Source of the DNA: Octopus sinensis
Taxonomy: Eukaryota
NCBI RefSeq assembly: GCF_006345805.1
Contig: NC_043017.1
Span: 34,038,001 to 34,102,000, forward strand
Reading direction: 5' to 3'
Length of the DNA stretch: 64,000 nt
Below the pieces are notes generated by a model. It made no database searches. It saw only the letters and a list, made by a program, of their open reading frames with translations, and was not told where the DNA came from. Position 1 is the first letter of the stretch, and each line of letters starts with the position of its first letter. Of the stretch, positions 13,538-26,804 are shown in pieces. Both the position numbers and the translations under genes were made by a program.

Positions 13538-14253
13538 TACTAGATCGAAAAGGTTTATTAATCAACGAATGTAATCCATGTGATATATTTCATTCCATAT
13601 CGAATTCGATGGCGACTTCGATAATATGACTGCGACTATGCAACGAAGATTTCTAATTATGCGATTATAAATTGAAGGGTCTGGGGAATGGAGAAGGCTA
13701 ATCAATATTACACATCTTTTCAAACCAATCTGAACAGGTTATACGTAATCAAAAGATGCAACACATATATATGCAGCTCAGATTTTCTTCAGGTCGTATT
13801 AACCACGGGTGTAAGGCATTGTCGCAAAGAGAGAAGCGAAGAATCTCTAATTTTGGCCACAACAGAATGGTAGGAGGAAACAGCTAAGTCAAATGCCAAA
13901 TGAAATTCATCAGCAGGCAAGCAACATTTGAGAGAATAGAAGGTGCTTTAGAAGGTCAGTTTATTAAAGGAGGAGGGTAGGCATCGGGAGAAGGGAGACG
14001 GTGGGAACAAATGGGGCAAGGTCTGTCGAAACAAGGCAATGAAACGGGAATTGGGGTTACGCAAGATAATTCAGATTGGATTAGCGACATGGGTAGTACG
14101 GACTTGCCTTCTCCATTTCCTACACTCTTTAATTTATATATGTATGTATGTGTTTGTTCCCCAACACCGCTTGAAAACCGGTGTTGGTTTGTTTATGTCC
14201 TCATGACTTGGCGGTTTGGTATAAGAGACAGAAGGAATTAGTAGCAAGCTTAT

Positions 14254-14474
14254 CCCTTTAGCATTTAAACCGGCCATATCCGGCCCAAATATTCTACCTA
14301 TCTTATGTTCAAACTTGCCAGATTTCGCCTCTCACACCTACCCTACAATGTCATTCTAAATGTAAACAATCACACCATCGAAATCCCAAAAGCTATAAAA
14401 TAATGCATGATTAATTGAAAGCAATGTGAATGCATAACCATTTCATTTGGTAGATTAATCTGAATGCGAAAGGG
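14254..14474. mobile_element. piggyBac-type MITE nested in an old family-A SINE body
   Basis: Ends CCCTTTAGCATT...AATGCGAAAGGG are inverted repeats; flanks TTAT/TTAA (TTAA target, one side mutated); SINE body resumes after it (aataagtactgggg). Confidence 0.7.
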
Positions 14475-15059
14475 TTAAAAATAAGTACTGGGGTTTAGTT
14501 GCCCCGCCAAAACCCGTGAAACAAGTAAAGATGAAAGATAAAATATGAAATATAATTATTCACACAAATGTCTGTTGATAATTGTGAAGATACAATTCCT
14601 GCTGATTCTCTCCTTTTGCCACCTCCATATACAATTCAAACAATCATTAATCAAAAGTTACTGTTTTCTTATACTTATACAATGGCTCTAAATCAAAAGA
14701 AAACAGCAATAGATATTTTACATCTAACATAAATGTTATATGAGGTATATTTTAGGAACTGTAAAGCCAAATCCTGTATCACGTAAAAATTATGCACCGT
14801 CTTTTGGATTCAGAAATCAAATACATTTCAGCATGTAGATCTTTGAAACCTTTCTTGTCTCGATTCTACTAGAGTCAATTCAACAATTATGATACTTTTA
14901 AATATATTATCGTATTTAAATGTTCAAAACCTTCAACGGGCAGAAACCACCTAAAATATTATTTCTGGAAGCAAATGAAGACACATACAATAGGATTACA
15001 AAATACAATGGCTGACCATTAGTAAGGAGAGACACACAAATAAGAAAGAAGAAAGCAAA

Positions 15060-15104
15060 GGACCACTGATGAGGTCACAGAAGTGTGACGAATGAACTCT
15101 GGCC
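15060..15104 (+). ncRNA. Decayed type I hammerhead motif
   Basis: cca-CTGATGA-g-gtcac(agaagt)gtgac-GAAT-gaac-TC-tgg: stems I and II pair, GAAA changed to GAAT. Confidence 0.4.
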
Positions 15105-15559
15105 GAAGTAAGATTAAGATTAATGTACAAAATAGATAACACTGAAGCAAAGTGACACCAAATATATAGTGCGTGTGTTTTTATTGGCTAAACTGGCAAA
15201 GTGACCATTCCTTAATACAACAATTTCTTATATCATTTCAAAGTAAGTTACATACACATCGCTGCTTTATAACGAACGGTGAAAGAAACAGCTTAATGTA
15301 AGTTTAGAAAACAAGTATGAAAGTTACTGAGTCGGGACCAGAAACTAACAGAAAATGGATCTAACTTTTCGCTTCCTTACAGATCCCAATAAAAACTAAC
15401 TCTCCCCTTGCGTATGAACCCAAATCAAGCCTTCCCAATATAACTTAATGATAGACACCATTATTTGACATCTCAAATCTCTTTTACACCGGCTGAGGTA
15501 GTGAGGGAGACCTTATGGAGTCACACGCCCGCCAGATTTAGTAAAAAATGTCACATAGC

Positions 15560-15670
15560 AAAGCACAAATGTCAAAACATATATAATGCAGTGTGGGCGT
15601 GTTATTATACAAGAAAAAATAGGATTTTCACTTTGTGAATATCTGGCAAACTACAAAAGTGGAAAAATGA
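15560..15670 (+). pseudogene. Possible GIY-YIG endonuclease relic of a Penelope-like element
   Basis: TNVKTYIMQCGRVIIQEKIGFSLCEYLANYKS loosely resembles the NVIYxIxCxxCxxxYIGETGxSLxxRLxxHKS pattern. Confidence 0.3.
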
Positions 15671-15743
15671 AGAGACAGGCAGATTATCATAAGGCAAGGG
15701 AATTGATGAAGCGTGGAAATTACAGAGCTCTCTATATATTAAA

Positions 15744-16060
15744 GACTCCGCCGGTTACGACGACGAGGGTCCCAGCTGATACGATCAACGGAACAGCTTG
15801 CTCGTGAAATTAACGTGCAAATGGCTGAGCATTCCACAGACACGTGTACCCTTAACGTAGTTCTCGGGGATAATCAGCGTGACACAGAGAGTGACAAGGC
15901 TGACCCTTTGAAATACAAGTACAACTCATTTTTGCCAGCTGAGTGGACTGGAGCAACGTGAAATAAAGTGTCTTGCTCAAGGACACAACGCGTCGCCGGG
16001 AATAGAACTCACAACCTTACGATCATGAGTCGAATGCCCTAACCACTAAGCCACGCGCCC
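15744..16060 (-). mobile_element. SINE family D (tRNA head, gttgtgtccttgagcaagacacttt body, 3' module shared with family C)
   Basis: Minus strand head gcgcgtggcttagtggttagggcattcgactc; flanked by ctctctatatat duplication. Confidence 0.85.
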
Positions 16061-16239
16061 TCACTCTCTCTATATATAATATAGCCAAAAGACAAGCTTA
16101 TCTCATGCTTTCTTGAAGAGCAGTAACCATCATTTGTGGATTACGCTTTCCAAGTAAAGTAAAGAATGAATGTGTTTTCTGATACTTCGCAATGGTAATA
16201 TTGTGCAAGACGTTACAATCAATGCTCAAGAGTGATATA

Positions 16240-16462
16240 TCTTTATATATAAAAGTGAAGTTGTGTGTTTGTCTCCTATGATTTAGATTCCTAACTACTC
16301 CCACATTTTGCGGTGCAGTGTAACCACAACCGGGTATCTTATAGTCGCTAATACCCTTCTTTTAATGCATTTTTTGCTGTTATATAAGGTAAGTAACTCT
16401 CTAAAAATGCTTATATAGTTATTTCCCTTACAAACCCGAGCAACGCCGGGCGATACTGCTAG
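16240..16462 (+). mobile_element. Non-autonomous Helitron, internally deleted
   Basis: 5' TC, 3' hairpin cccgagcaacgccggg then CTAG, inserted between A and T; both ends shared with 56579-57204. Confidence 0.85.
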
Positions 16463-16698
16463 TACCTTTATACATATGTAGTTGTATGGAACCAATTTGG
16501 ATTACTTCTATCACACTTGCAAAATTCTCACCCATTTTTTTTTCTTGTACCCTAGTTAATAGACAACATTTGCAGAAATCATTTGTTCATCCCATCTTGG
16601 GAGCTGCACAAAATTTTCTGGGGCTGTGACACTAGTAATTAACTGCATAACAAGTATTACACTTAAGCTATATAATATTCTGCATATTATTAATTATA

Positions 16699-17110
16699 GG
16701 CGTAGGAATGGCTGTGTTTAAGTAACTTGCTTACCAACCACATGGTTCCGGGTTCAGTCCCACTGCGTGGCACCTTGGGCGAGTGTCTTCTACCATAGCC
16801 TCGAGCCGACCAAAGCCTTGTGAGTGGATTTGGTAGACGGAAACTGAAAGAAGCCCGTCGTATATATTATATATATATATGTATATATATGTATGTTTGT
16901 GTATATATTTGTTTGTCTGTGTTTGTCCCCCCCAACATCGCTTGACAACCGATGCTGGTGTGTTTACGTCCCCGTAACTAAGCGGTTCGGCAAAAAAGAC
17001 CGATAGAATAAGTACTAGGCTTACTAAGAATAAGTCCTGGGGTCGATTTGTTCGACTAAAGGCGGTGCTCCAGCATGACCACAGTGAATTATGTGAAACA
17101 AGTAAAAGAG
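16699..17110 (+). mobile_element. SINE family A, full length
   Basis: Head, central microsatellite and tail all present. Confidence 0.92.
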
Positions 17111-19601
17111 AATTATGTACTTAAGTTGATCAATTTCAAACTCAGTTTGATATTTACATTATATATTTATTCCTTCTTGAATCCGTCTTCCTCTACGATA
17201 TACAATAACATGTATACAGAAATACAGTACTTATTTTTTATTAGTCATTCTTCTTCCTACTAAATTGGTTTCATCGTTGGCCATTAGCTGGAACATGAGG
17301 GATTACTTAAGAACTATGAATGGATAGAGTGGCTGTATACTGTCAACTTAACGTGACAGTCCCGTAAGGGAATTACACCACCGCTATTTAGCCCTAGAAA
17401 GCATCGACGCTTCCTGTCGGCCTTGACACATTTCCTGTGTCCTAATATATTTACGAAGGGGAGACAAGCACCCCCAACAGCTAGGCCTGCATCTAGAGAC
17501 ACGCATGTTTCTAGGTCTTGCCCACCGTCAGTCTAGAGTAGCAAGGATAGATAGATAGCAATGGATAGATAGATAGCAAAATAAAATAGAAATATTCATA
17601 CATGTAAACTATTAGCTTTTAAACACACATAGAATTATTTCATTAATTATAAACGCATTTCAGTATATTTTTAATATATATACAACCAAAGGGCTTTTTT
17701 TTATACATTTTCTAAAAGCAAAATATTTCTATGTTTACTATATATTCTTCAGTAAACCTTACTTTCTGCCATTTCAAACAAACTACCATTGCGAAGTTGA
17801 ATAGAGCACTATTTCGGGATTAGTGATTAATCTCACATCCAATCGACTCGAAAATTCTGTTTCTCTTCCCAGTACTTGCTGTTTTCTAACATACCTCCCA
17901 TTTTCTAATTGTCTTCCCATTTTCCAATATTCTGCCATAGATATAAAATATGATGGCATGCAAGACTACTAAACGACCCCACTACTATGAAATGCCTGTC
18001 ATTCATTGAACTGAGGTTTTCTCCCAAATCCCGCCTTGGTGTCAAAAAATACAAGAATCACATATCTGATCCTATAATAGTCTACACCCTACGTAAGGTG
18101 GAAAGTTTTAGCGCCCTGAACGAGAACGTCATTGACCGCACGCTCTGGTGATAGAGCTATGGCGCTGAACAACAACCATAAAATATAAACATTAGTTATC
18201 AGTGAAATTCTGCAGAGCAAGAGAAACTCTTTGGTGAGAGACAATTAACGTTTCTATATGAAATATGTTATAAGTCAGTTCTTGAGAGACGAGGCAACAG
18301 ATAAAACACAACTCTTTAAAATACGTTATCTCCGAATCGTAATCAAATTTGCATCGCGTATACACTTTCTGTTATACACGGAATGAAGAACGATAACGGG
18401 CTTCCTTTGTAATCTTGAAATAAATTTTAAAGTCTTTTAACACAGATTTCCAAACAATATTTAACAATGGAAAGTAAAATCAAAGCAAAACATTTGGAAA
18501 ACAAAATGGCGATAGAAAATGCTTATGTTATCGCATATTGAAAGAAAAAATTATCTCTGTTTATTTAAGCTAAAATTAATCTTTTACATATGTATTCCAT
18601 ATCGAGTGCCTCTTTAACGTAATCTAAATTATAAACACTCTAAATGCCAGAATCTGAAAGAAAATGTTGAACTTAGCCTTGAAGAATTTATCATGATTGC
18701 ATTCTTAAACCAAGGTCCTTTGGACTTAATTCCATTAGTAGAGAAATATGAAGCGATTTTCCGAAGTTTGACAAGAAACAAAGCGTTCTTTATCTAAATC
18801 GTTATCCTATTTGGATGCAACGCTTTCATTTCTGTTTTCTCTATTTTATCAGTAAATACACAGTCTTCCTGTAAATCTGCTTACCAAATGAACGCTAACA
18901 AAGATTATTATCATAAAAGGGGGATATTAGATTATGTTAATTATATTTTTTTTCCTTTTTCTGGCTTCTTTCTCTATAGTGTAGATATGATATATTTATT
19001 TCCTTCGATGTAGTTTTCCTCTATAAATAATTTGAAGATAATCCTAAACAATGTAAGACATACATAAACCAACTTGAATTCTGCTAAGAGTTAGACAGTT
19101 TGTCACATCAACTTATTTCCAACTGAATAATTCGATAAAATGCATTGTGTTTTTTTTTTTTGTTTTTTTGTTTTTTAGATGAAACAGAGAAATAAGGAAT
19201 CACTAGTAATAATTCTTATATTTTACGTCGGTTTCCGATGAAATTTTGAAATTTTGCAAAGAATATTTGTCCATGAGTATTTAATAGTGCTTCCGTATTT
19301 ATTTATCTCACACCCTCTTTATTTAGGTATATTTTAAGACCAATAGTCATTGAAGAAATGTTACAAATCTCTTCCCTACGAAATTTATCAAATTGACCAC
19401 CAGTTTACCTTTCCGATTAGGAATAAGATTCATATATGACGCTGTTCCTGTCAAAGACTTCTAAAATTCAAATAATGCTGGTCAAGATAAGCTGCTATTT
19501 CAAGCATTAATTATAAACTGAATATAAATTTCGTTGCCTCTTGGTAGGGTCTTTACGCCAATAACAATAACACACGTGCCGAGTCGATTTCACTTCTTTA
19601 T

Positions 19602-19833
19602 TTATTCCTTTACTACCCACAAGGGGCTAAACATAGAGGGGACAAACAAGGACAGACAAAGGGATTAAGTCGATTACATCGACCCCAGTCCGAAACTGGT
19701 ACTTCATTTATCGACCCCGAAAGGATGAAAGGCAAAGTCGACCTCGGCGGAATTTGAACCCAGAACGTAACGACAGACGAAATACTGCTGAGCATTTCGC
19801 CCGGCGTGCTAACGTTTCTGCCAGCTCGCCGCC
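19602..19833 (-). mobile_element. SINE family B, full length with TSD
   Basis: Minus strand ggcggcgagctggcagaaacgttagc...gaggtcgactttgcctttcatcctttcgggg; flanking duplication atttcacttct(t/g)tatt. Confidence 0.92.
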
Positions 19834-20058
19834 CCTTATTTCACTTCTGTATTGTTAGTCAATTGGTTAAACATTTAATCAACTAACTAAATGATTGGTT
19901 GTTTAATGTGTTGATTAAACAATCGATTGGTTGTTTGTTAATCAAGTTTCTTTCGTCTCTGTTCGCGAAATTTCCAGTGGGTCCTGGCGGCCTCACTTCT
20001 TACAAGGTCTGCTTTGCCTCTGCCTGAGAATTAGTCTTATGTCTGTGTTTATGCATGC

Positions 20059-20108
<50 letters not shown>

Positions 20109-20472
20109 ATAGACGTGTTTGCTGAGAAGAGGTAAGAGTATGACTAAATGAAGGGTTTGAGTGTGTGTCTGTGTTTCTGTCTGTCTGTGTGTTTATGCGT
20201 CTTTGTGCGTGTGTGGTTGTGTCAGCACACCAATGTGACTGCGTTTGTTTGTATGTATGTTTAATTGTTCGTGGTTATACGGGAACTTGCCATCCGTGAC
20301 TAGTTAGAAGGTTCATTCTTTTGTCTACTTCGTCTTTGGTCAGTCTCTTGTCTGCTGAGGATTTATGGATTTAGGGTCGATGAAACATAAGTACCAGTTG
20401 AATATTGGGGTCTATGTAATCAGCGTATGCCCCCACATTGAAATTGCCGGCCTTTTGCCAAAATTTGAAAAA

Positions 20473-20533
<61 letters not shown>

Positions 20534-20743
20534 TGTCGCAGCATTGATATGATCTTTATCAATATTTTTAAATTGCTTTGTTTGTTTCATCTAATTCGAT
20601 TTATTTGGAATATTTTCTCCTACAGATTTTAAATTCTTTGCTTTCTTTGGCAACAAATTAGCAATTTATATGCTTATAAACATGTTCATATAATAATGTA
20701 TTACATGTACACGTTCAAAACATTTTTTATTCATCTCAAATAC

Positions 20744-20785
<42 letters not shown>

Positions 20786-21184
20786 CTCTCTTTCTAAATC
20801 TCTCGTTCAATCTAATCGCTTCCCTCTGCCTTTTTCTCCTATACACAAACATTCTCATTAAAGCAAATTCACGCAGACATATTTGCAGGTAGTTCTACTC
20901 CGTAATTGTATTTAAAACATCTTTTCGAATCAAAATTTTAAGTCACATGATGAATATTCTTAAACGAATTGGGAAAAAAAATTGAATTAGTGAATATGTT
21001 TATATATATTTAATTACATATAATTTTCTGAATTATTCAATTTTATTAATTATCTCCATTAATGATATACCACAGAAAATATATTTGATGAATGTTGCTT
21101 TTTTGCTCGAGGATTTGTTCATTTTCATTGCTTCAGTGTTTTCGAAATCGCGTAAAACTCTTGTAGAAAATTGTAAACATAATA

Positions 21185-21346
21185 GGCGCAGGAGTGGCTG
21201 TGTGGTAAGTAGCTTGCTTACCAACCACATGGTTCCAGGTTCAGTCCCACTGCGTGGCACCTTGGGCATGTGTCTTCTACTGTAGCCTCGAGCCGACCAA
21301 AGCCTTGTGAGTGTATTTGGTAGACAGAAACTGAAAGAAGCCCGTC

Positions 21347-21416
<70 letters not shown>

Positions 21417-21636
21417 GCGTGTGTGTGTGTGTGTCTGTGTTTTGTCCCTCTAGCATTGCTTGACAACCGATGCTGGTGTGTTTATGTCCCCGTCACTTAG
21501 CGATTCGACAAAAGAGACCGATAGAATAAGTACTGGGCTTACAAAGAATAAGTCCCGGGGTCGAGTTGCTCGACTAAAGGCGGTGCTCCTTATGGCCGCA
21601 GTCAACTGACTGAAACAAGTAAAAGAGTAAAAGAGT
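21185..21636 (+). mobile_element. SINE family A, full length
   Basis: Head, (TA)n(TG)n centre, tail. Confidence 0.92.
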
Positions 21637-21860
21637 ATAATACTGGCTTTGTAATAATGCATAGAAATACTAAATAATAATCAAGTGGTGATATAACTAC
21701 TGAGATTCTATGTGGTGAGTTGTCTTGTTAATAATTACAGTCTAAGCTCTCTCAAGCCTTATCTGCTTTCAATGCATGAAATGTATGCATCGTATAACGC
21801 TAATTGATTGCTGGCAAGGACACGGTATTTCGTTTAGCAACCACAATATACTATCAAGTC

Positions 21861-22243
21861 GGAGGCTCAATGGCCCAGTGGTTAGGGCAGCGGACTCGCG
21901 GTCGTAGGATCGCGGTTTCGATTCCCAGACCGGGCGTTGTGAGTGTTTATTGAGCGAAAACACCTAAAAGCTCCACGAGGCTCCAGCAGGGGATGGTGGT
22001 GATCCCTGCTGTACTCTTTCACCACAACTTTCTCTCACTCTTACTTCCTGTTTCTGTTGTACCTGTATTTCAAAGGGCCGGCCTTGTCACTCTCTGTGTT
22101 ACGCTGAATCTCCCCGAGAACTACGTTAAGGGTACACGTGTCTGTGGAGTGCTCAGCCACTTACACGTTAATTTCACGAGCAGGCTGTTCCGTTGATCGG
22201 ATCAACCGGAACCCTCGTCGGCGTAACCGGCGGAGTGCTTCCA
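21861..22243 (+). mobile_element. SINE family C, full length with TSD
   Basis: A box TGGCCCAGTGG, B box GGTTTCGATTCC; flanking duplication atact(a/t)tcaagt. Confidence 0.88.
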
Positions 22244-22724
22244 TACTTTCAAGTATATGACAGGTTTACGAGTCAATACTTACTTTGTGTTAGAAGTGCG
22301 ATTTTCTCTTCTATTTATTCTATATCCTTCCAAAATTTCTCACAGGCGTTACCCATAAGAATTCGCCTTTGCCTAACAGCCCTAAACGCCTGGCCTTGTC
22401 GATCATTTATTTGTACCTACACTCTTGTGTTGTTTGTTCGTTGGACGCCCTGAATCTCCACAAATTCTTTATTTTTATGAAGTCTTCCGGTTTTGTCGTT
22501 AAAAGCGCGAAACAGGCAGTAATAAACAGCCGACAACTGAGGAGAAGTTTGACTTTTTAAGGTATTTCGTCCAGTACTTGTCTCTCGTTGTGTGTTTACG
22601 TATTTTCGTTCGTTTGGTGATGTTCTGTACTTAATGTGTATATTTTCATTGTTATTTAATAATGTTCAACACCTTTGTCAACAGTAAGATTTTACACAAC
22701 TCACACATACACACACCACACATC

Positions 22725-22777
<53 letters not shown>

Positions 22778-22778
22778 A

Positions 22779-22816
<38 letters not shown>

Positions 22817-22839
22817 TAATATTTTTATATATATATATA

Positions 22840-22886
<47 letters not shown>

Positions 22887-22952
22887 ATATATAATATATA
22901 TTATATATATATCTATATATATATATATAATTATATATATATCATATATATA

Positions 22953-23350
22953 GGCGCAGGGCAGGAGTGGCTGTGTGGTAAGTAGCTTGCTTACCAATCA
23001 CATGGTTCCGGGTTCAGTCTCACTGCGTGGCACCTTGGGCAAGTGTCTCTACTATAGCCTCGGGCCGACCAAAGCCTTGTGTGAGTGATTGGTAGATGGA
23101 AACTGAAAGAAGCCCGTCGTATAATATATGTATATATATGGCGTGTGTCTGGTTGTCCCCTAGCATTGCTTGACAACCGATGCTGGTGTGATTATGTCCC
23201 CGCTACTTAGCGGTTCGGCAAAAGAGACCGATAGAATAAGTACTGGCTTACAAAGAATAAGTCCGGGGTCGAGTGCTAGATTAAAGGGGTTGCTCCAGCA
23301 TGGCCGCAGTCAAATGACTGAAACAAGTAAAAGAGTAAAAGAGTAAAGAG
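22953..23350 (+). mobile_element. SINE family A, full length, inserted at the end of a long (TA)n tract
   Basis: Head duplicated (ggcgcagggcaggagtgg); body and tail present. Confidence 0.9.
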
Positions 23351-23418
23351 ATATATACGCCATGAGAGATCGTTAGCCACTACACACATTTCTTTCTCTC
23401 TTTGTTTTTTCTGTGTCC

Positions 23419-23454
23419 CTTTCTGTAGAAGAGCGTAGGCTCGAAACGTAAAAG
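23419..23454 (+). ncRNA. Minimal hammerhead-like motif (variant core CUGUAGA, extra A) in a short Penelope-like terminus
   Basis: cttt-CTGTAGA-a-gagc(gtag)gctc-GAAA-cg-TA-aaag: stem I 4 bp, stem II 4 bp, ACGU palindromic stem III. Confidence 0.5.
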
Positions 23455-23751
23455 ATTTTTTTTCTATTCCTGAGCGTTATACTAATACATCTGTTGTTTT
23501 GTACACCACCTATCTTCGTCTTATGTTTATTTTCGTAAACTTTCCCTTTAATATATATATATATATTATATATATATATATATATAATATATATATATAT
23601 AACAAAGAGCAATAAAGATTCAAGTTAATTTTAAAATTTACTTGAATATGGTACCTAACTTAGATGCACAAAAAAAAACAATACTGATTTAACAATACAG
23701 TAATGTGGGGGTGATTATAAGCGAGAAAAGAAGCAACAAGAATGGATAGGT

Positions 23752-23841
23752 TTTTAGTACGATCGTTTCATACAAGGACAGGTTTTATTAAAAGTTGCAA
23801 AGATTACAGCATATAACGAGTCCCGTACTCATCAGCTAAAA
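23752..23841 (-). ncRNA. Minimal type I hammerhead ribozyme (mirror copy)
   Basis: Reverse complement: ttttag-CTGATGA-gtacgggac...gtccttgtat-GAAA-cgatcg-TA-ctaaaa. Confidence 0.85.
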
Positions 23842-25814
23842 TACATGTAAGTTCTCTAGACATCCTAGTGTTTGAGGCTATACTCATGAAGTAATGTAGA
23901 TAATTAAACAGATTTCTAAAGTTCATTAAAGTTCCTTAAAGATGATGTATAGTCTTATCACAGAATTTTAAAAAAGTTTTGATAGCATCACAGAGAAGGT
24001 GACCTAATCCATATGAATTTCCATAGATATGATGAGGGATTATATACTCACAGAAGACAAATTTATCCATTGTTATTAGCATTACAGAGAGGGTGAATTA
24101 ATCCTTGTATATATGCACAGATTCCAAAGGTGTAGATGTAAATTTCCAGAGAAATGGAGATGAATTTCATATTCACAGGCGATAAATTTTACAATGGTTG
24201 AACACAATGAGGTAGGTACCAATCCTTGTTATATGATTAGGTGTTTGCCATATTAATCACATTACTGCTATTCACAAGAGGCTGTAGCTATTTAACTCTA
24301 AAGGTGAAGGGCTTACTAGATCGGCCAAGAATAGAGAGGGAATAGAAAGAAAAGAGAGAAAAAAGAGAAAATAATGGAGGAGGGAGCAAAAAAGGGGGGG
24401 AAAGGGGGACTAAAAGAGACGAGAAAAGAAAACAGAGAATAAGAAGAAGAAAAAGAAGAAAGAAAGAGAAAAGAGAAGAAATAGGGAAAGAAGGGAAAAA
24501 AAGAAAAAGAAAAAAGAGGGTTCAGTTATACAGAAGAGCTAGTAGACTGTAAGTCTGGTTTTCATCAACAGGCATCTAGAGCTGGAGGGGAAGTTATATT
24601 CTTGACCAGTAAACCGTTAATTTATTGCTGTTGAAATCAGCTATGAGTTTAAAGAGAATCTAAAGAGATAACACAGTCAGGGGTTAAGGGGTCAGATGCT
24701 AAAATCACCAGAAAATACATTAGGAAAATCTAAGTTAATCTTCTCAAAAAGTCATTAAAAAATTTACTTATTTAATTATTCATTTATTGTCTTAAGGAGT
24801 TGTCGTTATTATTCATACATTGACCGACTACAGGTCAAATCTTATAAGATCATTTACAAGGTGTTAGGGGATTGTCTATCCTAATGAAGGTAATCATATT
24901 ATCACCGAGGGAATAGCCTTATTTATTTAATTATGAAATAGAATTATGGGGCTACAGTAACTAATTATAATTTATTAGAGTTATGCTATTTAAATTAGAT
25001 TAAGTTAGGAATTAAAATTAAATATTACAATTAAGATTTAAAATTAAGAATTTAAAAAATTGCGAGTTTGAAATTAAATAAAGCCTCAATTAAGTAGCGA
25101 ATAAGTACTATTCATTTCCCTGTTCTCAAAAAACTGATGTAGATATAAGGAAAAAGATAAAGATAACTGTAATGTGAGAACTCTTAGTTATCTACTTAAA
25201 TCTTTTTTCTTCTTATTCTCTGTTTCCTTTTCTCGTCTCTTTTAGTCCCCCTTTCCCCCCCTTTTTTGCTCCCTCCTCCATTATTTCTCTTTTGTCTCCT
25301 TTTCTTCTATTCCCTTCTCTATTCTTGGCCGATCTAGTAAGCCCTTCAACCTTTAAGAGTTTAAATAGCTACAGCCTCTTGTGAATAGCAGTAATGTGAT
25401 TAATATGGCAAACACCTAATCATATAACAAGGATTGGTACCTACCTCATTGTGTTCAACCATTGTAAAATTTATCGCCTGTGAATATGAAATTCATCTCC
25501 ATTTCTCTGGAAATTTACATCTACACCTTTGGAATCTGTGCATATATACAAAGGATTAATTCACCCTCTCTGTAATGCTAATAACAATGGATAAATTTGT
25601 CTTCTGTGAGTATAATCCCTCATCATATCTATGGAAATTCATATGGATTAGGTCACCTTCTCTGTGATGCTATCAAAACTTTTTTAAAATTCTGTGTGAT
25701 AAGACTATACATCATCTTTAAGGAACTTTAATGAACTTTAGAAATCTGTTTAATTATCTACATACTTCATGAGTATAGCCTCAAACACTAGGATGTCTAG
25801 AGAACTTACATGTA

Positions 25815-25905
25815 TTTTAGCTGATGAGTACGGGACTCGTTTATATGCTGTAATCTTTGCAACTTTTAATAAAACCTGTCCTTGTATGAAACGATCGTAC
25901 TAAAA
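25815..25905 (+). ncRNA. Minimal type I hammerhead ribozyme
   Basis: Stem I UUUUAG/CUAAAA; core CUGAUGA; stem II GUACGGGAC/GUCCU(U)GUAU; GAAA; stem III AC/GU with palindromic GAUC loop; GUA cleavage triplet. Confidence 0.88.
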
Positions 25906-25934
25906 ACCTATCCATTTTGTTGCTTCTTTCTCGC

Positions 25935-25974
25935 GTAGATATATTATATATAATATATACATACATAGATAGAT

Positions 25975-26011
<37 letters not shown>

Positions 26012-26110
26012 CATACATATATATGTATACATACATATATATATACATATATATATATACATATATATATATATTATATATATATATATATATATACATA
26101 CATATATTAT

Positions 26111-26145
<35 letters not shown>

Positions 26146-26176
26146 CTACATATATATATATACATACATATATATA

Positions 26177-26207
<31 letters not shown>

Positions 26208-26632
26208 TATATATATATATATATATATATATGTGTATATATATATATGATATATATATATATTATATATAATAATACATACATATATATATACATACAT
26301 TACAGTATATATATATATAGATATATATACATATATATATATATACATACATATATATATATATATATATATGTATAATATATACAAACATACATATATA
26401 CATACATAACGATATATATATATATTTATACTACATACATACATAATAATATATATAGTATACATACATAACGATATATATATATATTTATACATACATA
26501 CATACATATATATATATATATACATAGTTACATATATATATATATATATATACATACATAACGATATATATATATTTATACATACATACATACATATATA
26601 TACATACATACATACATATATATATATATATC
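25935..26632. repeat. Long degenerate (TA)n/(TACA)n microsatellite
   Basis: Direct reading; includes repeated catacataacgatatatatata blocks. Confidence 0.95.
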
Positions 26633-26804
26633 AAATGTGAGGATAAAATTCTTTTCGAAAAAAAATATTTTCTCGAAAAAAATTTTATCAATGGCCAGCA
26701 TTTCTATTTTGGATGTATTTGGGGTACTTAGTTGTGCCCGCGACTCAGTATTTGCTTCTTCCGTTGGTATGAGTAAGTATCTCATATATTTCTCTTACCA
26801 CATG

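Larger units (their letters stand above)
23721..25934. repeat. Large inverted duplication, about 730 bp arms (23721-24455 / 25202-25934) around a spacer of about 750 bp
   Basis: Arms are reverse complements with scattered 1-2 bp indels; each outer end carries a hammerhead. Confidence 0.93.

Noticed and set aside
21861-21935. tRNA-like sequence with A and B boxes
   Set aside because: It is the head of SINE-C, continuing into the SINE body with a TSD; not a tRNA gene.
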